From Micavibrio sp. (lineage in GTDB: Bacteria; Pseudomonadota; Alphaproteobacteria; UBA9219): a stretch of DNA of 64,000 bases. Position 1 is the first letter of the stretch. Every line of letters begins with the position of its first letter. Below the pieces are notes generated by a model, which ran no database searches, had not been told where the DNA came from, and saw only the letters and a list, made by a program, of their open reading frames with translations. Below are positions 49,850 to 59,416 of the stretch, piece after piece. The stretch spans positions 2,783 to 66,782 of the forward strand of contig DYDA01000009.1 of the NCBI GenBank assembly GCA_020718105.1, given 5' to 3'. Made by a program: the position numbers and the translations under genes.

Positions 49850-50574
49850 AGAGAATCGAGAACACAATGCATACTGCTACCAACATATTTTTCGATCTGG
49901 ACGGAACATTGACTGATCCCAAGGAAGGGATCGTCAACAGCATCGTTTTTGCTTTGGAACAAGTCGGACATGCCATCCCAACGCAGAAAGACCTCAACAA
50001 TCTGATCGGGCCTCCTTTACGGGATTACTTTGAGCGGGAGCTGGACGAGGAAAAAGCCAAGACCGCGATGAAGAATTTTGTACAGCATTACGATTTTGAA
50101 GGAAAGTGCCTGACGGAAAACGCGCTTTATCCAGAAATACCGAGTGTGCTCAACTTGCTTCGTCAACACGGCAAGAGGTTGTTCGTAGTTACGGCGAAGC
50201 CAAAGACCATTGCTGAAAAAATCGTCCGCCACTTTGGATTGGATTCGTACTTTCTTTGTGTATATGGAGCCGAACAGGACGAAACGCGGAGTGATAAAGT
50301 GAAGCTAATCTCCTACGTTCTCGGTCGTGAGCAGATAGCCCCCCAATCCGCCGTTATGATCGGCGACCGCAAACATGACATTTTGGGAGCACTAGCAAAC
50401 GGTGTGGCCAGCATTGGCGCACTATGGGGCTATGGCGAGCCAGGCGAGTTGAAAGCGGCGGGGGCGCAACGGCTGGCCAAGACGCCGCAAGATATCGTGA
50501 GATTTCTGTTGGAACCCGCTGTCCGATCTGTGGGACACGGATGCAGAATTTCCAAACCTTCTACAATGTGTTGA
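49846..50574 (+). CDS. HAD-family phosphatase (5'-nucleotidase/phosphoglycolate phosphatase-like)
   Basis: FDLDGTLTD, IGPPL, MIGDRKHD, WGYG. Confidence 0.92.
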   Translation: MKRIENTMHTATNIFFDLDGTLTDPKEGIVNSIVFALEQVGHAIPTQKDLNNLIGPPLRDYFERELDEEKAKTAMKNFVQHYDFEGKCLTENALYPEIPSVLNLLRQHGKRLFVVTAKPKTIAEKIVRHFGLDSYFLCVYGAEQDETRSDKVKLISYVLGREQIAPQSAVMIGDRKHDILGALANGVASIGALWGYGEPGELKAAGAQRLAKTPQDIVRFLLEPAVRSVGHGCRISKPSTMC

Positions 50575-50584
50575 GGCAGCAATA

Positions 50585-51898
50585 ATGACTGAAACATTTA
50601 GTTTTGATCTTGAGAAAGTTAGAACGAGAAACGCTCTCATTCACGCCAACTCCATCTTTTCAGGTCGGGGCGTGCGTCCAGATGCGCATCAGTCCGTTAC
50701 GAACATTAGACCGTTCGTCCGCGCCGTTGCCGCAGGCTCGCATCCGCAAATTTCTGTCGGCGAGAAAAAAAGTATCGTTCTTATTGGCCTCGACTCGATC
50801 AAACACAGTTTCGCGGAGAAAGTTTTCAAGCCAGATCACTTGGTTTGCATGACAAGCGTTTTTCCTTCGACGTCGATTCGTGTGTGGCCAACGGCCCTGA
50901 CGGGATATAGCCCCGAGACGTTTGGTTCCGTTGGCCCCGTTTTCTATGCCAAGGAAATCGACGCGCTGTACAATGCGCTGGATGACTCCTATCGGGTTCA
51001 AGAGTCGTTTGTTGTCGATCCCAAAGTAACCGACCAGCACCCCATAGGTAGCAAGGACAATCTTTTCAGTGACCTAAATGTTCTTGGTTTCCAAACCGTC
51101 TGCATCAACGGGTTCTATGCTCATAAAAAGAGTCGCTGGTCTCAGGCCATGCAAGAGAATGCCGGACGCTATGTGACGTCAAAGTACGATTGGCGCAATA
51201 TCACGATGCAACCCGACCTAATTGTCGCTTCCATTCGGGAAGACGTTTCTGAAGCCTTGACATCAATGAACAAAGGGCAAAATGCGCTTGTCTGGACGCT
51301 ATCAGATATCGATTGTTACGTGCATGAACATGGATATTCAGACAATTTAAAAACAGCGCTAGACGAATTAGACGGGTTTTTCCGCGAATTGGCTAATAAT
51401 GGCCACCTTGTAATCGCCTTTGCGGATCATGGGCAGGTTCCTCAAGTCGTCAGTACCTTTACCGAAGGCTGGGACAATATCCACAGCGATGAGAATTGCC
51501 GTAGGCCATCCGGCGGAGCTGGAAGAGTCCGGTGGAGTTATCCGCGTCCGGGGCACGAACAAGCCCTTAAAGAGCAAATCGAAGGTCTTTTGGGCGATAC
51601 CGCCGCCGTCATATGGCGCGCCGATCTTGAGAAGCTCGGCATCCTTTCATTAGGAGAAAATCTTAAGAGCCAGATTGGAGAGATTGTGGTTCTCGGTCTG
51701 ACCGAGGACTTTCCGTTGGCCCTGCACGGTGACGGCTTCATATATGAACACGGATCCGTAAGCAGAGACGAGATGCTCGTCCCCCTGATGATTTACAAGG
51801 CTGCCGCGAAAGAGGCGTCCGCCCATACACTTACTGTGCCATCGAGAGAAGACGCTTTGGCTCACCCCGCAACCTTCAACCCGAAACTGGGAGGATAA
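50585..51898 (+). CDS. Alkaline phosphatase superfamily nucleotide pyrophosphatase/phosphodiesterase
   Basis: [36 protein letters not shown] metal ligands. Confidence 0.82.
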   Translation: MTETFSFDLEKVRTRNALIHANSIFSGRGVRPDAHQSVTNIRPFVRAVAAGSHPQISVGEKKSIVLIGLDSIKHSFAEKVFKPDHLVCMTSVFPSTSIRVWPTALTGYSPETFGSVGPVFYAKEIDALYNALDDSYRVQESFVVDPKVTDQHPIGSKDNLFSDLNVLGFQTVCINGFYAHKKSRWSQAMQENAGRYVTSKYDWRNITMQPDLIVASIREDVSEALTSMNKGQNALVWTLSDIDCYVHEHGYSDNLKTALDELDGFFRELANNGHLVIAFADHGQVPQVVSTFTEGWDNIHSDENCRRPSGGAGRVRWSYPRPGHEQALKEQIEGLLGDTAAVIWRADLEKLGILSLGENLKSQIGEIVVLGLTEDFPLALHGDGFIYEHGSVSRDEMLVPLMIYKAAAKEASAHTLTVPSREDALAHPATFNPKLGG

Positions 51899-51900
51899 AA

Positions 51901-53358
51901 ATGTCCGACAAATCTAAAAGTGAGAAAAACATGAAAAATCAGATGAAATTCTTCAATACATTGACGCGCGAGGCGCAGCCTCTTGCCCCGATTAATGCGA
52001 ACGAGATAGGGTTGTACACATGCGGCCCAACTGTTTACAGCTACGCCCATATCGGCAACCTGCGCACATATATTTTCGAGGATATCTTGCGCCGCGTTCT
52101 TGAAAAATCTGGCTATAGCGTCAAGCATGTGATGAACATCACCGATGTTGGCCATCTGCAATCCGATGCTGATGAAGGCGAAGACAAGATGGAAGTGGCG
52201 GCCCGGCGCGAAAAGAAGTCACCTTGGGAAATCGCTAAGTTTTTCGAATCCACCTTTTTCAGCGATTGCGCGGATTTGAATGTCCAGCGCCCACATGTCG
52301 TTTGCCGCGCTACAGAGCATATTCCGGAAATGATCGAATTCGTGAAAGCTCTTGAGGAAAAAGGCATCGCTTATGCCGTCGACGGCAACGTCTATTACGA
52401 TACGTCCAAGTTTTCTAGCTACGCTGATTTTGCACGGCTTGATTTCTCTCAAATGCAAGAATTTGGGCGCGTCGAGCAGGATTCGCGCAAACGCAATCCC
52501 CAAGACTTTGTGCTCTGGTTCTCTCAATCGAAATATCCGAACCAGATCATGAAATGGGATTCTCCTTGGGGCGTCGGTTTTCCGGGATGGCATATCGAAT
52601 GCTCGGCGATGGCCTCAAAATATCTTGGCGAGCAATTCGACATTCATTGCGGCGGCATCGACCACATTCCCGTTCACCACACGAACGAAATCGCGCAAAG
52701 CGAAGGCCGTTTCGGACACCGGTGGGTCAATCATTGGATGCATGGCGAGTTTCTCGTCTTGGACAAAGGAAAAATGTCGAAGTCCAAAGGAGGTACGCTG
52801 ACGGTCGCTACCTTGAAAGAACTTGGCTATGACCCGATGCACTTCCGCTATCTCTGCTTGAATGCACATTACCGAAGCCAGCTTAAGTTCAGCTACGACT
52901 CCTTGGATGGTGCGCGCAACGCCTATGAAACGCTCCAGCACAAGCAGGCGGATTGGGCGGCAGAACCAGAATCGCCCCTGTCGGCTCAAGACAAAAAGTT
53001 GGTCGCCGATTACGAAGGGCAATTTTGGAGCGCGATGACCGATGACCTCAATGCGCCCCTAGCGTTGTCCGCGCTTTGGACGGGACTTCGTGACGACCGG
53101 ATGTCAACGACGGCGAAACAAGCTCTTTTTGGGACGGTGAATGAGGTTCTCGGCATCACAAAGCCGGAAGAAGAAATGAAGTTGGCTCCTGAATTGGAAC
53201 AGCTCATCAAAGATCGAGAAGCGGCACGTGGCCAGAAGGATTGGAAGCGAGCCGATGAGCTTAGAGGCAAGCTGGAAGATCAAGGCATTCTTATAAAGGA
53301 TAGACCCAATGGAACGGATTGGTTCGTAAAAAAAAACAAAACTAGCCTGACACCCTAG
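51901..53358 (+). CDS. cysS: Cysteine--tRNA ligase
   Basis: [49 protein letters not shown]. Confidence 0.96.
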   Translation: MSDKSKSEKNMKNQMKFFNTLTREAQPLAPINANEIGLYTCGPTVYSYAHIGNLRTYIFEDILRRVLEKSGYSVKHVMNITDVGHLQSDADEGEDKMEVAARREKKSPWEIAKFFESTFFSDCADLNVQRPHVVCRATEHIPEMIEFVKALEEKGIAYAVDGNVYYDTSKFSSYADFARLDFSQMQEFGRVEQDSRKRNPQDFVLWFSQSKYPNQIMKWDSPWGVGFPGWHIECSAMASKYLGEQFDIHCGGIDHIPVHHTNEIAQSEGRFGHRWVNHWMHGEFLVLDKGKMSKSKGGTLTVATLKELGYDPMHFRYLCLNAHYRSQLKFSYDSLDGARNAYETLQHKQADWAAEPESPLSAQDKKLVADYEGQFWSAMTDDLNAPLALSALWTGLRDDRMSTTAKQALFGTVNEVLGITKPEEEMKLAPELEQLIKDREAARGQKDWKRADELRGKLEDQGILIKDRPNGTDWFVKKNKTSLTP

Positions 53359-53411
53359 TTCTACAAGACAAAAAAGACTGATTTTACAACAACTTATTTT
53401 GGGAGGCTAAA

Positions 53412-54455
53412 ATGAGCACAGGGGAAATTTATGCCCTGACGGCAAAAGAGGCAACGGCACCGGCCATCGATCCTTGGAACAATGTAGTTCAAGAAGATTT
53501 AGCGCCGTTCATTCAATTCCACGGATTGCAGACCACTGATGAAATTCAGGGGCTCCTCGACAACGAGAAGCTGAGGCCGCTTGCTAAATCTGCGGTCTCC
53601 GGCATTGGCATTACAGACGATGTCATTGGTTTCCTTCAAAACAAGCCGTCTTCCGTGGTTGCTATTTCTGGTTTCGATACGGCAGGAGATCTGCACTTTG
53701 GCAATCTTCTTGTCCTCAAGCAGCTCATGATCCTTGGACAGAAAGGATGCCAAGTCAGGATTCCGCTTGCCGATCTTGAGGCCATTGCCGCGCGCGGTGA
53801 AGACAGCAAAACCTCTGAGGATCGCGCGAATTCGACCATGATTCCCAATCTTGTTCAGTTGGGATTTAAATCCGAAAGTGTTTACATCCGATCCACAGTT
53901 CCACGAATTCTGGACATGATGGCGGTCGTTTCTCGTGGCACAGCTCCTGATAAGATGGAAAAACTCTATGGCCGCGCACTTTCTGGGCCGGAGATTTTTT
54001 CACTGACTTTTATGGCAGCTGACCTGCTTCGGCCTCAAACAGAAGGCATCAAACACACGATTGCCGTTTATGGCATCGATGAAGCACCCCACATCCGGGC
54101 GATTAATCAGATTGCTATTGATGTAGGCCTGAAGCCCATTGCCGGTCTTTTTAGTCCCCTTGTGCCGAGCAAGCAAAACTCGTCAATCAAGATGAGCAAA
54201 AGCCTTCAGAAACGTGGTGCAAACCTGTCACTGACGGCGGCTGTCGAGGACGCACGCGATACGGTCATTCAGTACGAAGTACAAGACCCTTGCATGGTGA
54301 AAGCCTTGCGGAAGCATTTTTTGATTGGGTCTGTTCTGAGGGATGATGCCGTCGAGTGCGACCTCGAATGCGCCGCCTGCAAAAGAGAGTCCGGAGCTGC
54401 AATTTTCGGCTTTATGGCGAACAAAAACCTTATTCAGAAACTCGCAAATTTATAA
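53412..54455 (+). CDS. Divergent class Ic (archaeal-type TrpRS-like) aminoacyl-tRNA synthetase paralog
   Basis: IDPW, SGFDTAGDLHFGN, ADLEAIAARG, AADLLRPQ, GIDEAPH, KMSKS, C-x21-C-x3-C-x2-C. Confidence 0.8.
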   Translation: MSTGEIYALTAKEATAPAIDPWNNVVQEDLAPFIQFHGLQTTDEIQGLLDNEKLRPLAKSAVSGIGITDDVIGFLQNKPSSVVAISGFDTAGDLHFGNLLVLKQLMILGQKGCQVRIPLADLEAIAARGEDSKTSEDRANSTMIPNLVQLGFKSESVYIRSTVPRILDMMAVVSRGTAPDKMEKLYGRALSGPEIFSLTFMAADLLRPQTEGIKHTIAVYGIDEAPHIRAINQIAIDVGLKPIAGLFSPLVPSKQNSSIKMSKSLQKRGANLSLTAAVEDARDTVIQYEVQDPCMVKALRKHFLIGSVLRDDAVECDLECAACKRESGAAIFGFMANKNLIQKLANL

Positions 54456-54473
54456 ACCAAAGGAGATTTTCAA

Positions 54474-55481
54474 ATGGATAAGACAGAAAAAGCACTTAAA
54501 GTGATTGCGCCTTATATCGTCAAGACGCCTTTGCTCAAATCTAAGGATTTAAGCAAAAAACTCGGCTGCGAACTCTACTTCAAATATGAGCACCTGCAGG
54601 TGGCGGGATCCGTGAAGGCTAGAGGTTCTTTCCTGAAAGTTTTTTCCGCCGAACGGACAAATCCAAAGGGTTATGTGACAGCATCAAGCGGCAACCACGG
54701 TCTGAGCATTGCAATGGCTTCTCAGCAGGCTGGCGTAAAGCTGAAACTGTTCATGCCCGAAACAACACCTGAATCGAAAATTCAGAAAGTCAAAGCCTTG
54801 GGCGTCGACTTGGGCATAACCGGAACCTCATGGGACGATGCGAACGACGCCGCCTTCGCCTACGGAAAAGAGACCGGAGCCGAATTTATCCATGCCTTTG
54901 CCGATCCGACCATCATCTTGGGACACTCGACGGCTGCGCTGGAGTGTCTTCAGGATATGCCCTCGGTTGATATCGCTATTTGTTCCATCGGCGGTGGCGG
55001 CATTGCACACGGATTTTTGGGCTATCTAAAAAGAAAGCTCCCCAATCTGCGTTGCTATGGCGTCGAAACCTATGGCGCAGAGTCCATGCTGACGAGTTTT
55101 CAGCACAATCGCGTTATGACGATTCCTGAAATCACATCGAAGGCATCCGCCATCGGCGTGCGCGCGCCCGTGGACGAGACGTTCAGTTTTGCGAAAAAGA
55201 ACTTGAATGGCCTTGTCGCTGTCAGCGATTACGCTGCTGCGGTCGCCCAGACGACGATCCTGAATTACGACAAACAGCTCGTCGAGCTTGCGGCATCCTG
55301 CTGCGTGGCCGCCCTGCAAGCCGAGAAGATACCCAACATTCAAGGAAAGAAGGTGCTGGTGCTCTTGTGCGGCGGCAACACCACCATGTCTGAGCTTGGC
55401 CTTGAAGCTACAGCCCAGCCGAAGCCGCCAACATTTCTGGCAAACGACAAAAGAGCTGTTGTGTCCTGCTGTCAATTATAA
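54474..55481 (+). CDS. PLP fold-II serine/threonine dehydratase-like enzyme
   Basis: FKYEHLQVAGSVKARG, ASSGNHG, IGGGG, LCGGN. Confidence 0.88.
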   Translation: MDKTEKALKVIAPYIVKTPLLKSKDLSKKLGCELYFKYEHLQVAGSVKARGSFLKVFSAERTNPKGYVTASSGNHGLSIAMASQQAGVKLKLFMPETTPESKIQKVKALGVDLGITGTSWDDANDAAFAYGKETGAEFIHAFADPTIILGHSTAALECLQDMPSVDIAICSIGGGGIAHGFLGYLKRKLPNLRCYGVETYGAESMLTSFQHNRVMTIPEITSKASAIGVRAPVDETFSFAKKNLNGLVAVSDYAAAVAQTTILNYDKQLVELAASCCVAALQAEKIPNIQGKKVLVLLCGGNTTMSELGLEATAQPKPPTFLANDKRAVVSCCQL

Positions 55482-55493
55482 TTGGGGAACAAA

Positions 55494-56339
55494 ATGAAAG
55501 ATAAACAAAAAATTATTTTTACGATCATGGGATGCGGTTCGGCTTATGGCGTGCCGACGGCAGGAAACGGATGGGGTATCTGCGATCCCAATCATCCGGC
55601 GAACAGGAGACTGGCCTCGTCCGTTGTTCTGCGTTCGGAAACCGACACGATCATCATCGATCTTGGGCCTGACTTCCGCCAGCAGACATGCACGCACAAT
55701 GTACGAGAGATATCCGGCGTTTTGTTTACGCATTCCCACGCTGACCACATCACCGGGATATTTGAGCTGCCAATGTTTACGCAATGGCAAAGGGGTGACA
55801 TCCATTGTTTTGCGACACCTGAAACCTTGGTGGGCATCCAAAAAAGATTTCATTACCTGTTTGATCCGAACATCACGGTCTATCACTACGGCGGCGGAAG
55901 AATTCTTTGGCATGAAATCGAATATGGCCAAGAAATGGTCGTTGGCGACATGCCAATCCTTCCTTTTCAACAAGATCATGGCTTTATGTCCAGCACAGGG
56001 TTTCGCGTCGGCGACATAGCCTATTCGACGGACGTGAAAAAGATCGACGAAGCCAACAAAGCCTTTCTCAAAGATCTGAAAATATGGGTGCTCGATTGCA
56101 ACGGCATAGAGGTCAGCCCTGTCCACAATCACCTCGATCAGGCTCTCGCGTGGATTGAGGAGATAAAGCCTGAACGCGCCATCCTGACGCATCTCAGCGA
56201 GACCGTAGACTACGTTACAACAAGCAAGAAACTGCCGCCAAATGTCGAACTGGCAGTCGACGGCATGTCCTTTGAAACCTTTGTCCAAAGACCGACATGC
56301 CGTCGTCCTTTGCGTCAATATTCACCCAGCAACATATAG
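55494..56339 (+). CDS. PhnP-like metallo-beta-lactamase phosphodiesterase
   Basis: GCGSAYGVP, DLGPDFRQQ, THSHADH, YSTD, LTHLS. Confidence 0.9.
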   Translation: MKDKQKIIFTIMGCGSAYGVPTAGNGWGICDPNHPANRRLASSVVLRSETDTIIIDLGPDFRQQTCTHNVREISGVLFTHSHADHITGIFELPMFTQWQRGDIHCFATPETLVGIQKRFHYLFDPNITVYHYGGGRILWHEIEYGQEMVVGDMPILPFQQDHGFMSSTGFRVGDIAYSTDVKKIDEANKAFLKDLKIWVLDCNGIEVSPVHNHLDQALAWIEEIKPERAILTHLSETVDYVTTSKKLPPNVELAVDGMSFETFVQRPTCRRPLRQYSPSNI

Positions 56340-56349
56340 GAGAAGAGAT

Positions 56350-57381
56350 ATGAACGACGAAAACGGAAACTTCATTTACAAAGCTCGCCCTTCGCTTCAG
56401 GCGGGCACAAAAATTGGCATCGTGTCACCCGGAAGCTGGGACGATTCGCCCAATTATGGGTTTCTCGATGCGCTTAGGGCGTTTTGGGAAAAGAAGGGTT
56501 TTGATGTCTGCATCCATCCGCAGAATTACTACAAGGACGGCGTGCTTGCTGGTTCCGACGCGGCCAGAGCCAAAGCGTTTATGGACATGGTCAAGAATCC
56601 CGAAATTGGCGCAATCATGTTTGCGCGCGGATGTACGGGTTCCATCCATATTCTCGACATGCTCGATTATGATGCCATTAAGGCCAATCCAAAACCTATC
56701 ATTGGTTCTTCCGATACAACGACGCTGCTTCACGCGATAACAAAGAAAAGCGGCGTTGTGACATTCTATGGACCTATGGGCTGTCACTTCGCCGATCCGG
56801 CGAATGACCAGCGCACCTGCGATGACCTAATCACGGCGATCAATGCCGGAAATGAAGAGTACGAAATGACGTATCCTGAAGTCAGTTGTTTGCGTGAGGG
56901 AAAAGCCGAAGGATGGCTTGTTGGCGGGCACATGAACCGCATGCAGCTTCTCATGGGGACGCCGTATGACTGCCTTCCTCAAAGATCGCTGGTCGATGGC
57001 GTCGTTCTGTTTATTGAGACTGTGGACACAACCCGGCTTGAAATCGACAACATTTTAAGCCAGTTCCGTTTGGCCGGAAAGTTGCAGACCGTGCGGGGGC
57101 TTATTGTCGGGGAAATGCTGGGCGTACAAGATGGGGAGACCAGCTTGGCGCGAAAGGGAGAACGAACTTATGGCCGTGATGTTCAAGGCATTATCGCCAA
57201 GGCCATGAAAGAAATATCGCCCCGCGTTCCGGTCGTTTGGAACTTTCCCTGTGGGCACGGTTCGTATCTCTCGACGATGCCCATCGGGAGCCACGTTAGC
57301 CTCGCTACGAGCAAGCAAGATGGAACACGGCTCTCTTTCCGGCCTGTGCCGAAAAGTGCGCCGATTATGTGTTATCTGTAA
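56350..57381 (+). CDS. S66 peptidase (MccF / LD-carboxypeptidase family)
   Basis: IGIVSPGS, LAGSDAARA, GSSDTT (Ser), LFIET (Glu), PCGH (His). Confidence 0.88.
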   Translation: MNDENGNFIYKARPSLQAGTKIGIVSPGSWDDSPNYGFLDALRAFWEKKGFDVCIHPQNYYKDGVLAGSDAARAKAFMDMVKNPEIGAIMFARGCTGSIHILDMLDYDAIKANPKPIIGSSDTTTLLHAITKKSGVVTFYGPMGCHFADPANDQRTCDDLITAINAGNEEYEMTYPEVSCLREGKAEGWLVGGHMNRMQLLMGTPYDCLPQRSLVDGVVLFIETVDTTRLEIDNILSQFRLAGKLQTVRGLIVGEMLGVQDGETSLARKGERTYGRDVQGIIAKAMKEISPRVPVVWNFPCGHGSYLSTMPIGSHVSLATSKQDGTRLSFRPVPKSAPIMCYL

Positions 57382-58324
57382 ATAGCTCGGTGGAAAGGTA
57401 ACGCTCGGCACTGTCTGGCAAAAGCGTGACGATGGTCTTTCCGGCCATTTCGGGGCGCTTGGCAAGCTGGATCGCTGCCGCCACCGCTGCTCCGGATGAT
57501 ATACCAGCAAGGATGCCTTCCTTGCGCGCCAGATCCCGCGCGTGAGACAAGGCATCCTCGTTGGTGATATTCAAAATTTCATTAATTCCGCTGACGTTCA
57601 AAATGTCAGGGACAAAATTGGCCCCGATACCTTGGATCTTGTGAACGCCGGGTTTTCCACCTGTCAGGACGGGGCTGTTGGCAGGTTGAGCTGCGACTAT
57701 CCTGATATCGGGTTTGTGCTTGCGCAAGCCTTCAGACACGCCTTGCACAGTTCCTCCCGTTCCGACACCGGCCACAAAGACATCGACTTGCCCGTTTGTG
57801 TCCGCCCAAATTTCTTCTGCTGTGGTGCGCGTGTGAATGGCGGGATTGGCTGGATTGGAAAATTGACGCGGCATAATCGCATTCAGGCGCGTTTTGACGA
57901 CCTCTTCAGCCTTGCGGAGCGCGCCCGCCATGCCTTCTTCTGCGGGCGTCAGGATAATTTCAGCGCCCAAGAAGGACAGAAGCTTGCGTCGCTCAATAGA
58001 CATATTGTCCGGCATGGTCAAGACAAGACCATAACCCTTCACGGCGGCGATAAACGCAAGACCGATGCCTGTATTTCCAGATGTCGCTTCAACAAGAACG
58101 CCACCGGAAACCAGCGTGCCGTCCCGTTCGGCAGCTTCGATCATGCCCAATGCGGTCCTGTCTTTAACCGATGAAAGCGGGTTGAAGTATTCCAGTTTCG
58201 CCAGAACGGTGGCAACGCTTCCAGCCTCTTGAGGCATCCTGTTTAAGCGGACAAGCGGTGTTCCGCCAATGGTCTCAATGATATTTTGATAAGTGATACC
58301 GCGTGCGGGTGATAGATTCGACAT
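57365..58324 (-). CDS. cysK: Cysteine synthase A
   Basis: KLEYFNPLSSVKDR, ATSGNTG, GVGTGGT, HKIQGIGA, ERYLST. Confidence 0.96.
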   Translation of the reverse strand: MSNLSPARGITYQNIIETIGGTPLVRLNRMPQEAGSVATVLAKLEYFNPLSSVKDRTALGMIEAAERDGTLVSGGVLVEATSGNTGIGLAFIAAVKGYGLVLTMPDNMSIERRKLLSFLGAEIILTPAEEGMAGALRKAEEVVKTRLNAIMPRQFSNPANPAIHTRTTAEEIWADTNGQVDVFVAGVGTGGTVQGVSEGLRKHKPDIRIVAAQPANSPVLTGGKPGVHKIQGIGANFVPDILNVSGINEILNITNEDALSHARDLARKEGILAGISSGAAVAAAIQLAKRPEMAGKTIVTLLPDSAERYLSTELFTDNT

Positions 58325-58340
58325 GGATTTTCTCCTCGTT

Positions 58341-59201
58341 TCAATGATTTTCGGGAATAACGGCTTGATCCATTTCGTCTGCCGGTCGTGCACTTCTTGG
58401 CGCACCGACGATTTTTGCGGGGATGCCAGCAACCGTAGTGTGGGGAGGTACGTCCCGAAGCACTACGCTTCCTGCAGCTATGCATGCTCCGGCACCTATT
58501 TCGACATTGCCAAGGATCGACGCGCCCGCACCGATCATAACGCCCGAGCGCACTTTGGGGTGACGGTCGCCTTGCTCCTTGCCCGTTCCACCGAGCGTGA
58601 CATTGTGAAGGATGGAAACGTGATCTTCAACAATTGCCGTTTCTCCGATGACGAGGCCCGTCGCATGGTCAAGCATAATGCCGCTGCCAATCTTTGCGGC
58701 GGGGTGAATGTCTACGTCGTACAAAAGAGAACTGCGGTTCTGAAGGAGCAACGCATCGTCTGTTTCTCCATTCAGCCAAAGCACATGAGCCAGACGATGA
58801 ATCTGAAGGGCATGGAAGCCCTTAAAATACAGAAACGGCGTCAAAGCGTCCGTGACGGCGGGATCTCGTGCGACAACGGCCTCCAAGTCGCGGGAGGCCG
58901 CCAAAACAAGATCGGGGTGTCTTTCATAAAGACCAGACAGCCTTTTTTCCAAGACGCTCGGCGCAAGCAGCGCGTCCGTTTGTTGGTGCGAAAGTGTTCG
59001 GCTTAGGCTTTGGGGTAGACTCTCACTGTCCAAAATGATCGTCTGGATCAGGGTTGCCGATAAAGAGCCGTGTCGAAGCCTGTTTTCGGCAGCTAGGCGA
59101 AGTTTGAGCCAAAGCCCCTCTAAAGGCGAGGAACCTGCCTTTAGCAAAAAAGAGGCGGATTGTTTTGATGAGCTGAGCGCTCGTAAAGCGAAAATGTTCA
59201 T
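58341..59201 (-). CDS. cysE: Serine O-acetyltransferase
   Basis: RDPA, FKGFHALQ, DIHPAAKIG, DHATG, TLGGTGKE.GDRHPK. Confidence 0.95.
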   Translation of the reverse strand: MNIFALRALSSSKQSASFLLKAGSSPLEGLWLKLRLAAENRLRHGSLSATLIQTIILDSESLPQSLSRTLSHQQTDALLAPSVLEKRLSGLYERHPDLVLAASRDLEAVVARDPAVTDALTPFLYFKGFHALQIHRLAHVLWLNGETDDALLLQNRSSLLYDVDIHPAAKIGSGIMLDHATGLVIGETAIVEDHVSILHNVTLGGTGKEQGDRHPKVRSGVMIGAGASILGNVEIGAGACIAAGSVVLRDVPPHTTVAGIPAKIVGAPRSARPADEMDQAVIPENH

Positions 59202-59288
59202 TTGAGGTCTCTGTGGTTCGCCTGAAAATCAGGCTTGTTGTTCCTTGTGGCGCAAGCGCCTCTAACCTCGCGGCAACCGCGAGAAAAA

Positions 59289-59318
59289 TTAGTTACAAGG
59301 ACAACAACAGAGAAACAT
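59289..59318 (-). CDS. Cys-rich leader peptide MFLCCCPCN (putative attenuator of cysE-cysK)
   Basis: ATG TTT CTC TGT TGT TGT CCT TGT AAC TAA; GGAG 10 nt upstream; complementary to cysE start region. Confidence 0.8.
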   Translation of the reverse strand: MFLCCCPCN

Positions 59319-59349
59319 GAACCTACGGCTCCATATAGTTAACGAGGTC

Positions 59350-59378
59350 ATTTTACTTATTTTCAGCAATGAAGTCAA
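59350..59378 (-). promoter_or_regulatory. Sigma70 promoter for leader-cysE-cysK
   Basis: TTGACT-17 nt-TAAAAT. Confidence 0.75.
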
Positions 59379-59416
59379 CCAAATGCGTTCTACACTGGTT
59401 GCAAGGCAAGAAGATT

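Noticed and set aside
50585-51898. BREX PglZ defence gene
   Set aside because: AlkP fold only; no brx/pgl neighbours and it sits within a metabolic operon
53412-54455. Cyclodipeptide synthase
   Set aside because: Retains HIGH-like and KMSKS ATP motifs that CDPSs lack
55476-56318. Long antisense ORFs (also 28474-29220, 48935-49669, 57542-58174, 58293-59006)
   Set aside because: Shadows of well-supported genes on the opposite strand, with no motifs
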